From assembly GCA_964510585.1 (NCBI GenBank), contig CAZECW010000004.1, positions 30,001-62,000 of the forward strand: a stretch of 32,000 nucleotides of DNA, in the 5' to 3' direction. Positions 17,750 to 27,541 of the stretch are shown in pieces. Made by a program: the position numbers and the translations under genes. Below the pieces are notes generated by a model. The model saw only the letters and a list, made by a program, of their open reading frames with translations, was not told where the DNA came from and made no database searches. Each line of letters begins with the position of its first letter. The stretch's first letter is position 1. The stretch comes from an uncultured archaeon. GTDB taxonomy: Archaea > Asgardarchaeota > Jordiarchaeia > Jordiarchaeales > Jordiarchaeaceae.

Positions 17750-19345
17750 TTGGATATTGTTATCAAGAACGCAAGAATTATTGATGGAACTGGAACCCCC
17801 CGGTTTAAAGGAGAGATTGGCATTACAGGAGAAAGAATAGTGGAGATAGACAAAGGCATATCTACCAGAGGGGATAGAATCATCGATGCTAAGGGTCTTA
17901 TTGTAACTCCTGGCTTTATTGATGCGCACACGCACTCAGATGCGACTTTATTAATGGAAAGAAGTGCGCTGAATTATATTAGTCAGGGTGTGACCACAAA
18001 TGTTATTGGAAACTGTGGCTTATCTGCAGCCCCATTAAATAAGAGAACTGTAAAAGACCTGCTTACACTTGTAGCGCCAGATTTTAAAGGGGATCCTACC
18101 GAGATGTGGACCAGTTTTGGGGGATATCTTGACTTTTTGACATTTGTGAGTACAGCCATTAATGTTGTTCCACTTGTGGGGCATAACACCATCCGAATTG
18201 CTGTGATGGGCATAGAGGAGAGAGATCCATCTGAAGATGAACTTGAAGAGATGAGGAGATTGACGGAACAGAGTATGAGGGAGGGGGCGTTTGGTCTATC
18301 AGCAGGTTTAATCTATGTACCCGGTATTTTCACCAGAAAAGAGGAGTTAATAGAGCTCTGTAAAGTAGTTTCCAGGTATGGGGGAATATTCACTATTCAT
18401 ATAAGAGGAGAGGGGGATACAGGAGTACAAGCCATAAAGGAAGCCATAGAAATAGCAAGAAGGGCGCAAGTGCCCTTAGAGATTTCTCACTTTAAATCAG
18501 AAGGGAAAAGAAACTGGGGGAAGGCTCAAGAGAGATTGAGGCTGATTGAGAGTGCCAGGAAAGAAGGTATCGATGTGACTGCTGATTTTTATCCTTATAC
18601 TTTCGCTTTGACATTTTTGCATTCCCTTTTTCCGACTTGGATTTTCAGAGATGGTTTGGAAGCTGTACCTGAAAAATTGAAGAATCCAACTATTCGTGAA
18701 CAATTGAGAGAGTATTTTAGGCTTGCTGGTGATGTTGTGGGAATCTCTGATGTGGAGGATTGGCGCACCGTTGTTCTATCTAATCCCAGTAACCCAAAGT
18801 ATAAAGGTAAATCAGTATTGGAAATTGCGGGAGAACAGCGTAAGGATATAGTTGATACCGTTTGTGAACTAGTGCAGTCAGAGGGCTTATCGCTGGGAAT
18901 TCTTCTGCTCTGGATGAGTGAGGAGGATGTTGATGTAATAGCAAAGCACCCGCTAATTATGGTGGGCTCCGATGGGGCTGTTGTTACTTCACCAAAAGAA
19001 ATGATTCACCCCCGATACTACGGCACTTTCACAAGAGTTTTAGGATACTATGTTCGGGAGAAAAAGCTTATGGGCCTTGAGGAAGCTGTACGAAAGATGA
19101 CATCGTTACCAGCTCAGAGATTCGGACTAAAAGATAGAGGTGTCTTGAGGGAGGGAAACTATGCGGATTGTGTCATCTTTGACCCAGAAAGAGTGAAAGA
19201 CTGTGCCACTATAGATGAGCCGAACAAGTTGTCTGAGGGAATAGAATATGTTATTGTTAATGGAACCGTGGTATTTGAACATGGAAAATTTGCGGGGAAG
19301 TATCCTGGCAAGATTCTGAGGAAAAAGGTAAAGGAGAATTGTTAA
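17750..19345 (+). CDS. N-acyl-D-amino-acid deacylase (D-aminoacylase) family amidohydrolase
   Basis: PGFIDAHTHSD, GNCGLS, VGHNTIR, HIRGE, SHFK, GSDG, HPRYYGTF, EAVRKMTSLPA. Confidence 0.9.
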   Translation: MDIVIKNARIIDGTGTPRFKGEIGITGERIVEIDKGISTRGDRIIDAKGLIVTPGFIDAHTHSDATLLMERSALNYISQGVTTNVIGNCGLSAAPLNKRTVKDLLTLVAPDFKGDPTEMWTSFGGYLDFLTFVSTAINVVPLVGHNTIRIAVMGIEERDPSEDELEEMRRLTEQSMREGAFGLSAGLIYVPGIFTRKEELIELCKVVSRYGGIFTIHIRGEGDTGVQAIKEAIEIARRAQVPLEISHFKSEGKRNWGKAQERLRLIESARKEGIDVTADFYPYTFALTFLHSLFPTWIFRDGLEAVPEKLKNPTIREQLREYFRLAGDVVGISDVEDWRTVVLSNPSNPKYKGKSVLEIAGEQRKDIVDTVCELVQSEGLSLGILLLWMSEEDVDVIAKHPLIMVGSDGAVVTSPKEMIHPRYYGTFTRVLGYYVREKKLMGLEEAVRKMTSLPAQRFGLKDRGVLREGNYADCVIFDPERVKDCATIDEPNKLSEGIEYVIVNGTVVFEHGKFAGKYPGKILRKKVKENC

Positions 19346-19389
19346 AGGACAAATAGTGTAGAGGCAGCATTTATTTTTGGGGTGTTAGC

Positions 19390-20469
19390 ATGAAGGTTAA
19401 GATAAATGGAAAAGTTATGGAGTACCGCAATGTCTGGATGGAAAACGGCGTTGTTAACATGATTGACCAAACAAGGTTACCTTTCGAGTTTAGAATACAA
19501 AAAACAAAAAATTACAGGGAAACTGCCGAAGCAATACGAAAAATGCAAATAAGGGGAGCCCCAGCAATCGGTGTAGCGGCATCATACGGATTAGTACAAG
19601 CTGCCCTAGAATTCAAAAATTTAGAGCCGAAGGAGTTCTGGAGAAAAATGGAAGAGGTTGCCCAAGAGTTTCTCAACACCCGCCCCACAGCCGTAGATCT
19701 ACATAACATGATGGAAAGGATGATGACGAGGATAAAAAAGGCGGGGAGCCCCCAACAATGCCTGCAAATTGCACTTAGTGAATCTCAGCTGATAGCGGAA
19801 GAAAACGCTGAAGCATGTAAGAAGATTGGGCTCCTGGGCAGAGACTTAATTAAGGATGGGGACGGGGTGCTAACACACTGTAATACTGGCGCCCTAGGCA
19901 CGGTCGATTATGGCACAGCTATAAGCATAATAAAGTTCGCTCACTATCAGGGTAAGAAATTCATTGTACTGGCAACTGAAACCAGGCCTTGGCTGCAGGG
20001 ACGCCTAACTGATTGGGAGCTAACACAGGAAGACATTGAGCACTACATTATAGCGGATTCGGCTGCGGGGTACTATATGGATAAGGGGGATGTCCAAATT
20101 GTGTTGGTTGGCGCTGACAGAATACTGCCAAACGGCGACGTTATAAACAAGATTGGTACACGCACACTGGCAGTACTGGCACATGAAAACAATATTCCCT
20201 TCGTAGTGGCTGCACCAACAACCTCAATAGATCTTTTTCCAAAGGCTGAAAACATTAAGATAGAAGAGAGAGACACCAAGGAAATAACCCACATAAAGGG
20301 GTATAATGAGGAAACAAAGGAGTTACAAACATTAAGACTCTACTTAACAGACTGGGTAAAGAACCCCGTATTTGATATAACTCCTGCAAAATATATTTCC
20401 AAAATAGTTACCGAAAACCAGATCATTGAACCACCATACGATCTTAAAACGCAGCTCAAAAATGAATAA
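19390..20469 (+). CDS. mtnA: S-methyl-5-thioribose-1-phosphate isomerase (eIF2B-alpha-like), copy 1
   Basis: IDQTRLP, IRGAPAIG, TRPTAVDL, THCNTGALGT, ETRPWLQG, GADRI, NKIGT, NPVFDITP. Confidence 0.9.
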   Translation: MKVKINGKVMEYRNVWMENGVVNMIDQTRLPFEFRIQKTKNYRETAEAIRKMQIRGAPAIGVAASYGLVQAALEFKNLEPKEFWRKMEEVAQEFLNTRPTAVDLHNMMERMMTRIKKAGSPQQCLQIALSESQLIAEENAEACKKIGLLGRDLIKDGDGVLTHCNTGALGTVDYGTAISIIKFAHYQGKKFIVLATETRPWLQGRLTDWELTQEDIEHYIIADSAAGYYMDKGDVQIVLVGADRILPNGDVINKIGTRTLAVLAHENNIPFVVAAPTTSIDLFPKAENIKIEERDTKEITHIKGYNEETKELQTLRLYLTDWVKNPVFDITPAKYISKIVTENQIIEPPYDLKTQLKNE

Positions 20470-21032
20470 TCACTAACAAGAATTAGTTCCAATTAAGATT
20501 AGTATTGATAGAAGAAGCGGGAGTAAAATTACTCAGAAGGCTCCTCCCATTATTTTTTTCTGCTACATTTAGAGGCTGTGGCAGGTTTCAACTTAAACAT
20601 ACACTTTTTAAAGCAATAGCCTGAAAAATGAAAATTATAAGCGGTGCCCCTACCAAGAAAAAGGGGAATGGTGAGCTAGTAAGGTTGAGTAAAAGATAAC
20701 ATTTTTTCATGGTGGAAACGTGGCAATTTTTGAAGAATACGAGAGTTGAGATGGGGACTTACAAAGGACAATTAAAAGAAGCTAGAATTTGTATAAGAAA
20801 AAATTAAAACCAGAAGGAGGCAGAGTAATTAAGCTAAAGCCAAATATTCCCAGGAGTAAAGTAAACTAGTCTTGATAGAAAAAAGATTGTAAAACTAATC
20901 TTCCAATTCGGAAAGTCTATTGCTTGAGTTTTAAAAAATAATTAATATTATAAATGTGTAAATCCCAAAGAATTAAAACAAAAATAGAAAAAGTTGCCTG
21001 AAAACAAGCAATAATAATAGGAGGATATCCAG

Positions 21033-21887
21033 ATGACAAGGAAAGAAGCCGTGTTTGTACCTATAGGCGTTTCCAAAGAAGAAGTTGAGGAGTTCTTACC
21101 GGTAGAAATAGGTATCCTTGGTGGAACAGGAAACTATGACCCCGCAATATTTGAGAAACCCAAAGAAATTAAGGTGTACACGCCTTACGGAGCTCCATCA
21201 GACAATGTCATTATTGGATTGGTGAAGGGGCGTAAAGTGGCTTTCCTAGCAAGACATGGTAGGCACCACTCAATACCGCCCCACCAGATTAACTACAGGG
21301 CTAATATCTGGGCATTCAAAAGCCTCGGAGTTACAAGAATCTTTTCCCCTGCTGCCTGTGGAAGCTTGCAACCAGAAACAATTAAGCCGGGAGAGTTCGT
21401 GATTGCCACGCAGATTTTTGATAGAACCTTTGGACAGAGGAAGGACACCTTCTTTGAGGGGGGAGTTGTGGGCCATGTGGAGTTCGCAGACCCCTTCTGC
21501 CCTGAGCTAAGGAAAATAGTCATTGACACTGCCCACGAGTTAGGTCTCAAAATACATGAGGAGGGTACCTATGTTTGCATAAATGGTCCAAGGTTCAGCA
21601 CTAGAGCGGAAAGTCTCTTCTACAAGAGCCAGGGATTTTCAGTGGTGGGGATGACCTGTTACCCAGAATGTGCTCTGGCGAAAGAGGCGGAAATTTGTAT
21701 GGTTAACATTTCGATGCCCACCGATGTAGACGTTTATGGCATAGTGCCTGTTAACGCAGCAGCGGTGGCGAAGAGTATGAGAGAGAACATAGCCAATGTA
21801 AGAAAATTATTATATACGGCTATAGAGCGAGTGCCAAAGGAACGAAAGTGTAAATGTAGCAGAGTTCTAGATCTTGCATTGTACTAA
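21033..21887 (+). CDS. mtnP: 5'-methylthioadenosine phosphorylase (MtnP/MTAP family)
   Basis: IGILGGTG, TPYGAPS, FLARHG, INYRANIWA, GTYVCINGPRFSTRAE, VVGMT, EAEIC. About 20-aa N-terminal extension; GGAGG RBS. Confidence 0.92.
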   Translation: MTRKEAVFVPIGVSKEEVEEFLPVEIGILGGTGNYDPAIFEKPKEIKVYTPYGAPSDNVIIGLVKGRKVAFLARHGRHHSIPPHQINYRANIWAFKSLGVTRIFSPAACGSLQPETIKPGEFVIATQIFDRTFGQRKDTFFEGGVVGHVEFADPFCPELRKIVIDTAHELGLKIHEEGTYVCINGPRFSTRAESLFYKSQGFSVVGMTCYPECALAKEAEICMVNISMPTDVDVYGIVPVNAAAVAKSMRENIANVRKLLYTAIERVPKERKCKCSRVLDLALY

Positions 21888-22081
21888 TAAGATAAATATT
21901 GTAAAGAGCTCCTTTCCCCAAATTACTTAGATTTATTTTTAAAACATACACCTTTTTAGAAAACGGCTGTTTTAAATATGGTTCAGCAATTAAGCCAATG
22001 GTTTACAGAATCGTTGGCGAGATAGGTCCCCGATTTTTGGGAGGACGCCAAAATTTGATGATTCTCTAGTTTCCCGGTTAA

Positions 22082-22137
22082 CGACTAATTCTTGACCTTA
22101 CAAGAATGTTGAATAGAAAGGCTCTCAACTTTAGTCG
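22082..22137. ncRNA. Candidate structured element: three-way junction with complementary loops
   Basis: Stems CGACTAA/TTAGTCG, TTCTTG/CAAGAA and GTTGA/TCAAC (18 Watson-Crick pairs in 56 nt). The loops contain CCTT and AAGG. Expression and strand are unknown. Confidence 0.3.
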
Positions 22138-22361
22138 CAGTGGGTGTCAACTTTTTCAAGATGTAATTTTCGGCGCTCATCTGCTTACATAGGACTTAAT
22201 CATTTTAATATTATTTTTGTATATTTGTTATGGTTTTATTATATTTATTTTTTATAATACATATTGTTATTGTCTTTTTCCTTTTATAATTTTTTGACAA
22301 AGGTTTAAAGCTATGGATGGCTAATAGGTAACTACACATAATATCTGAGAGGTGTATCTTT

Positions 22362-23417
22362 TTGTCGATAAAAAGCCCTACCGCAGATGATGTTTTCAAA
22401 AAGTGGCTGGAGCGCGCGGACTTGGGTAAACTTGAGAAGGCGTTTTCAGTCAAGCACGTCAAGTTTGAAAGATCAAATGTTTCTGCCTCGGAGTCTGTTA
22501 AAAACGTGGAGAAACATGCGGTATTTTTCTTCTACTCTAAAATAGAACCCTCTATTGGTAAGGAAGCTGAAAAAAAGTTAGTAGACATTGATGAGCTGAG
22601 AAAAGTGACCTTTTATGACTTTGGAAACAAACAAGTAGACTTGACCGAGTGGAAGGACAAGAAGCTCGTTCCTTTATACTCCTCCATCAAGGAGATTAGT
22701 TGCAGTGAGTGTAATGGTAAGGGATTCATCGCCTGTGACAAGTGTAAAGGTTCAGGGACATTGGAATGCAAGAAGTGCAAAGGAACGGGAAGCCTCACCT
22801 GCAACGCTTGTAAAGGAGAAAAGAAACTTTACCTAAATTTAAAGGTTATAACAGCAGAGGGTAAGAAGACAGATATAGAAATGCCTTATAACTGCGATTT
22901 ATGCGGGGGAGTTGGAACAATATATTGTGACAATTGCGCTGGCACTGGTAAAATCGACTGCGACAAGTGTCATGGAGGAACCAAAAACCCCTGCAAGAAG
23001 TGCAAAGCCACAGGTACACTATTTGAGTATACCATCGGTCCTGTGCCATTCAAGCCCGCGGTTATCCCTAAACTATTCTTCAGACCAGAATTTGAAAAGT
23101 ACTTGGGAAAATTGATAGATAAAGAATTTGCCAACATTGAGGGGATAGTCATTAGGAACTATGAAAACCTATCAGAAAAGGAACTCACGCCACAGTTGGG
23201 ATTCTTCAACAAAGAGGTCGAAGACAAAATGAAAAAGGCTAGGGACACTTTTAAAGAGTTAGAGAAAAAGGCGGCTAAGGGCGGCGAAAAACCAGAATAC
23301 CCAATATATGTTTATCCACTGCTTAAACTCGACGTGGAATCACCTAGAGGTAAGAAATTCACCATTTTCAGTATAGGAACTGAACGCGGCTACATCGTAA
23401 CTGATTATGGATTTTAA
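22362..23417 (+). CDS. DnaJ-type zinc-finger repeat protein without J domain (SSUH2-like)
   Basis: Eight CxxC(xGxG) motifs and no HPD motif. TTG start after GAGGTG. Confidence 0.75.
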   Translation: MSIKSPTADDVFKKWLERADLGKLEKAFSVKHVKFERSNVSASESVKNVEKHAVFFFYSKIEPSIGKEAEKKLVDIDELRKVTFYDFGNKQVDLTEWKDKKLVPLYSSIKEISCSECNGKGFIACDKCKGSGTLECKKCKGTGSLTCNACKGEKKLYLNLKVITAEGKKTDIEMPYNCDLCGGVGTIYCDNCAGTGKIDCDKCHGGTKNPCKKCKATGTLFEYTIGPVPFKPAVIPKLFFRPEFEKYLGKLIDKEFANIEGIVIRNYENLSEKELTPQLGFFNKEVEDKMKKARDTFKELEKKAAKGGEKPEYPIYVYPLLKLDVESPRGKKFTIFSIGTERGYIVTDYGF

Positions 23418-23432
23418 AAAGGCAATCTCACT

Positions 23433-23450
23433 CCCCTAGCAGGGGCTTTT
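23433..23450 (+). terminator. Possible terminator hairpin between convergent genes
   Basis: CCCCT-AGC-AGGGG followed by CTTTT. Confidence 0.3.
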
Positions 23451-25065
23451 ACTTTTTGGAGTATACAATCTCTCCGCCCACTATGGTCATTTCCACCTTT
23501 ATTTCACTTATTCTGTTGGCTGGTACATTTAAGGGGTCGTCTGAAAGTACCACTAAATCTGCAAGTTTACCTGTCTCAATTGAACCCTTTATTTTTTCTT
23601 CAAAAGAAGCATAGGCTGCACCCAAAGTATACATTCTAATCGCCTGCTCCACTGATACCCTCTGCTCAGGAATGAAGGTGTAGTTGGAGGCTACCTGTCT
23701 TAAAACTGCAGCCTGTATTCCCAGCAATGGATCCATAAGCTCTACTGGGCAATCAGACCCTGCTGCTAGTATGATTCCCTCCTCCAACAACTTCTTGAAG
23801 GGATAGACGTATTTGGCTCTCTTTTCTCCTACACGGTCAAGCATCCACCGTCCGTCAGAGACAATAAATGGAGGCTGAACAGAGACAACCACTCCTAATC
23901 TTTTCATTCGCTGTATTAAATCTTCATTTAAAACTGATGCGTGCTCAATGCGGTGGCGATGGTCTTTTTTTGGTTTCTCCCTTAAGGCTTCCTCTAAAGC
24001 GTCTAAAGCTACTGTAACCGCTCTATCACCTATGCAGTGTATTGCCAACTGGAAACCTGCCAGATGAGCCTTCTTGACTATTTCACGGAGCTTCGCTTCA
24101 TCGTAAATCAGGATTCCTCGATTTCCAGGGTCGTCGCTAAAAGGTTCGAGCATTGCTGCGGTGTGTCCTCCAAGACTACCATCCAGAATAATCTTTATCG
24201 CTCCAATTTTTAATTGGTGGTTTCCGAACCCCGTGTAAAAGCCAAGGCTCATTATACTAGACATATAAGCTTCAGGAATTTGGAGATACACTCTTAGCGG
24301 AAGTTCTTCCCGCATCAGCAATGTTTGGAAAGCTCTTCCCTGGAAATCTTGAGCTTGATCCAGCAGGGGCATACAGTGTATTGAGGTTATTCCTTTGGTT
24401 ACAGCCTCTTTGCAGGCAAGTTTCAAAGCTGATACGTAGTCTTCGTCTCCTAAGGATACAAGGTTGAGTATCATAAACCCTGCAGATTCACGCATTATAC
24501 CTGTGGGCTCATTGGTTTCCGGATCTTTATCGATTTTTCCTCCGGGAGGAGATTCTGTTTCCGCAGTTATTTTTGCCAGTTCTAAGGCCTTGCTATTGAC
24601 ACAACTGATATGGCCGCAAATACGCATAAGAGTAACTGGATTATTGGGAGCCGCTTGATCCAGATCCCATCTTGTGGGGAGCCGTTTCTCGGCTAGAATT
24701 GAGTCATCCCAACCATGCCCCACTATCCACGCTCCCCTAGATTTTCTTTGAGCTTCTTTTCTTACCTTTTCCTTAATCTCTTTGATCGATTTCGCTCCTC
24801 TCAAATCCAACATGTTTAGCATAGCTCCGAAACCCAAGATGTGTATGTGGCAGTCTGTAAATCCGGGGAGAACCGTCTTACCCTTAAGATTAACAATTTT
24901 AACCTTGTTACCAAGAAGGGATTTCATCTCCTCACTGGTGCCGACGCCAATAATTTTCCCGTCGCGGATAGCAACCGCCTCAGCCCTGGGTTTATTCGGA
25001 TCCAAAGTTATAATATTACCATTCACCAAACAAAGACCTGAACGCTCAAAATTTTTAGGATCCAT
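23449..25065 (-). CDS. Amidohydrolase family 3 protein (YtcJ-like)
   Basis: PGFTDCHIH, CGHISCVNS, KIILDGSLGGHTAAM, HCIGD, RHRIEHAS, GSDCPV, GSIETGKLADLVVL. Start ATG 25065 after GGAGG; the ORF extends to 25098. Confidence 0.9.
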   Translation of the reverse strand: MDPKNFERSGLCLVNGNIITLDPNKPRAEAVAIRDGKIIGVGTSEEMKSLLGNKVKIVNLKGKTVLPGFTDCHIHILGFGAMLNMLDLRGAKSIKEIKEKVRKEAQRKSRGAWIVGHGWDDSILAEKRLPTRWDLDQAAPNNPVTLMRICGHISCVNSKALELAKITAETESPPGGKIDKDPETNEPTGIMRESAGFMILNLVSLGDEDYVSALKLACKEAVTKGITSIHCMPLLDQAQDFQGRAFQTLLMREELPLRVYLQIPEAYMSSIMSLGFYTGFGNHQLKIGAIKIILDGSLGGHTAAMLEPFSDDPGNRGILIYDEAKLREIVKKAHLAGFQLAIHCIGDRAVTVALDALEEALREKPKKDHRHRIEHASVLNEDLIQRMKRLGVVVSVQPPFIVSDGRWMLDRVGEKRAKYVYPFKKLLEEGIILAAGSDCPVELMDPLLGIQAAVLRQVASNYTFIPEQRVSVEQAIRMYTLGAAYASFEEKIKGSIETGKLADLVVLSDDPLNVPANRISEIKVEMTIVGGEIVYSKK

Positions 25066-25137
25066 ATAATTAAACCTCCTTTCATATACCGCCAACAATT
25101 ATTCGATAAAACGATTATTCTATTTGGAATAAATTTT

Positions 25138-26502
25138 TCAGATTTCTGCATAGTTATAGAGAAAAGAGGCCACGTATTTTTCGAAGTCTTTTATTCCATC
25201 AACCATGAGATACTCATTAGGTGCATGTGCTCTACCGCCGTGCCCTGGACCGCTCATTATGAATTTCATGTTAAACGGTGGTTTGGTGAAAAGGTAGAAG
25301 GGGGCGCTTCCAGGTAACATTGGCATCACAACCGGTTCGTAGTTGAGATCCTTGAATGTTTTTATTGCTGCTTGGCTGATTTTGTCTTTGACTGAAACTT
25401 TCACCCATTCGTAGGCACCTAGAACTCGCACCTCAATGTCCTCGAAGCCTCGCTTCTTCAAGTGAGTCTTAACTCTATCAATGACCTCGCCGGTAGTCAT
25501 GTTTGGAACCAGTCTAATATCAATCTTAACGGTTGCCTTAGCAGGAGTAATGGTCTTTGTTCCAGGCCCCGTCCACCCACTAATTATTCCGTCAATGTTG
25601 ATGGGTGACGGCTTAAAGATCAAGTTTCTAGCCATCGCCTTAGGATTCTCACCGCGATAATTCTCAACCTGGTAGCTTGCGGTCATAGCCTTAACCAGCA
25701 GTTCGGAATACTTGTCTACCAGCTCCAAATCCTCAGGAGAAGGGGGCTCAACATTATCATAGAATCCCTCAATCAAAACCTCATCTTGTCCACGCATACT
25801 GTTCAAAGCCCAAATCAGGCGCCAAACAGGGTTAGGGAGAATATTAGCTTGGCTTGAATGAACATCTAAAGGATTTGTTTTACACTCCAGTTCCATGTAT
25901 ACGATGCCCTTAAGGCCAAGAAGCAGAGCTGGAGGGGCTCCCGGAACCGCTTGGCTTGGAATCCACATACCCATAGCTTCGCATTGCTTCAACTCGCTCT
26001 CCCTCTTTTTAGCCCATTCTGGCAGGTGAATACTGGCTTGCTCTTCCTCACCCTCCACTCCAAAAATTAAATTGAATGGTAAATCTCCAGCGACTTCCAG
26101 AATAGATTGCAGAGCGTTAAGAGTAGCCATAAATGGGCCCTTACTGTTTATGGCGCCCCTCGCTATTATGCGGTTATCAATAATTTTGGCTTCAAATGGT
26201 GGTGACGCCCATTCGTTCAGAGGTTCCACGGGCTGAGTATCATACATTCCATATATGAACATCCAGCGATTGCTAGTTTTGGATTTGAGTTTCCCAAAGA
26301 CTACAGGATAGCCCGAGGTGCTATCGATTGTGGATTCTGCGCCCAGCATCTCTTTTAGGTAGTCACGTGTCATTTCTGCGGTTTCCTGCATGCCTTCCCC
26401 TGTTTGGGAAATGCTTGGTTGCCTCAAGTATTCCTGTATTCTTTTAATGTGGTCGTCAAAGTGTTCATCTATGTGCTTGTGAATCTTTTCGATTTCAGGC
26501 AT
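25138..26502 (-). CDS. M20/M25/M40 family metallohydrolase (dipeptidase-like)
   Basis: LRQPSIS, YGMYDTQP, RGAINSKG, EGEEE, DIRLVP, AHAPNE. Confidence 0.85.
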   Translation of the reverse strand: MPEIEKIHKHIDEHFDDHIKRIQEYLRQPSISQTGEGMQETAEMTRDYLKEMLGAESTIDSTSGYPVVFGKLKSKTSNRWMFIYGMYDTQPVEPLNEWASPPFEAKIIDNRIIARGAINSKGPFMATLNALQSILEVAGDLPFNLIFGVEGEEEQASIHLPEWAKKRESELKQCEAMGMWIPSQAVPGAPPALLLGLKGIVYMELECKTNPLDVHSSQANILPNPVWRLIWALNSMRGQDEVLIEGFYDNVEPPSPEDLELVDKYSELLVKAMTASYQVENYRGENPKAMARNLIFKPSPINIDGIISGWTGPGTKTITPAKATVKIDIRLVPNMTTGEVIDRVKTHLKKRGFEDIEVRVLGAYEWVKVSVKDKISQAAIKTFKDLNYEPVVMPMLPGSAPFYLFTKPPFNMKFIMSGPGHGGRAHAPNEYLMVDGIKDFEKYVASFLYNYAEI

Positions 26503-26563
26503 TCAATTCTCCTCCACATAAATAAAAACCTAAACCAGTTGGGATTTATCTTTTTTCTAATTT

Positions 26564-26899
26564 TTATTTTACATTTCTTATGTATGCTACGCCAAGAGGG
26601 GTCAAGTCCACCACATTTCCTTTTACAGTGATGAACAAGATATCTTTGAGGAATTGTATATGGAAACTTAATGTTTTTTCATCCATTTTTAGGAGGGTTG
26701 CTATTTCTTGTACGGTTAGCGCTTTTTCTTTGAGCATTGTTAGAATTTCTCTTCTGATTGGATTTTGCATGGCTCGGAGGGCTCTTCTATGTGCCTCAGT
26801 TGGGTCTTTTACCGAGCCGCTTTCATCTAATTTTCGTTTCCAAGCTTTAAGTTCTTCGTCACTCATTTCTCTACAATTTTTCGTTTCCAAACTGTTCAC
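26564..26899 (-). CDS. ArsR-like winged-helix protein, paralog B
   Basis: HRRALRAMQNPIRREIL...LTVQEIATLLKMDEKTLSFHIQFL...VVDLTPLG. Likely start TTG 26890. Confidence 0.8.
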   Translation of the reverse strand: MNSLETKNCREMSDEELKAWKRKLDESGSVKDPTEAHRRALRAMQNPIRREILTMLKEKALTVQEIATLLKMDEKTLSFHIQFLKDILFITVKGNVVDLTPLGVAYIRNVK

Positions 26900-26970
26900 C
26901 CTGCTTCATCATACTTATCTCAAGAAGCATCAAGTGGTCTTGGTCTCCTCCTCCATTTGTTTGGTGCTTT

Positions 26971-27312
26971 TCATCTTATTACGTTTTTTAGGTATACAAC
27001 TCCGAAAGGTGTCAGATCCACCATGTTCCCTTCTATGGTTATGTAATATGTTAGCATGAGATATTGAAGATGGAACTGCACAATTTTTTCATCCAGTTTC
27101 AAACTCTCAGATATCTCCTGTATGGACAAAGCCTTATCTTTAAGAAGCATCAAGATTTCTCTCCTGGCGGGGTTTTGCATAGCTAGAAGAGCTCTCCTAT
27201 GCCACTCTGTCGAATTTCCCTCTATGTTCCTCTCTAACACGTTCATTCTCCAATCTTCGATTTCCTCATCGCTCATTTCTCTACAATCCTTGTTCTGCAA
27301 AACCAGCACCAC
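26971..27312 (-). CDS. ArsR-like winged-helix protein, paralog A
   Basis: HRRALLAMQNPARREIL...LSIQEISESLKLDEKIVQFHLQYL...MVDLTPFG. Likely start TTG 27300. Confidence 0.8.
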   Translation of the reverse strand: MVLVLQNKDCREMSDEEIEDWRMNVLERNIEGNSTEWHRRALLAMQNPARREILMLLKDKALSIQEISESLKLDEKIVQFHLQYLMLTYYITIEGNMVDLTPFGVVYLKNVIR

Positions 27313-27541
27313 TTATGGAATTTACATAGTACAACAGTGAACTAACATTAAATTGTTTCGCATCCAAATCATGTTTTCCTCACCAACCAAAATACTCAAA
27401 ATCCAATGTGGGAATATCACCTAGCTAAAGTAGGTTTTAAGTTTGAAAAAAGATTTATAGCCCCTAGAAAACATTGGGAACTCTGATATTCTACTTGGCG
27501 ATTCGATTCATCAAAATCCTAAAAATATAGTTGGTGTCTTT

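Noticed and set aside
20470-21032. 563-bp spacer between mtnA and mtnP with short purine-rich ORF fragments
   Set aside because: No recognisable protein motif, terminal inverted repeat or repeat unit. It could be a decayed gene, but the sequence does not support a call.
22056-22061. TGATGA as a C box of a C/D sRNA or a hammerhead core
   Set aside because: No CTGA D box at a suitable distance and no GAAA/UH hammerhead elements.
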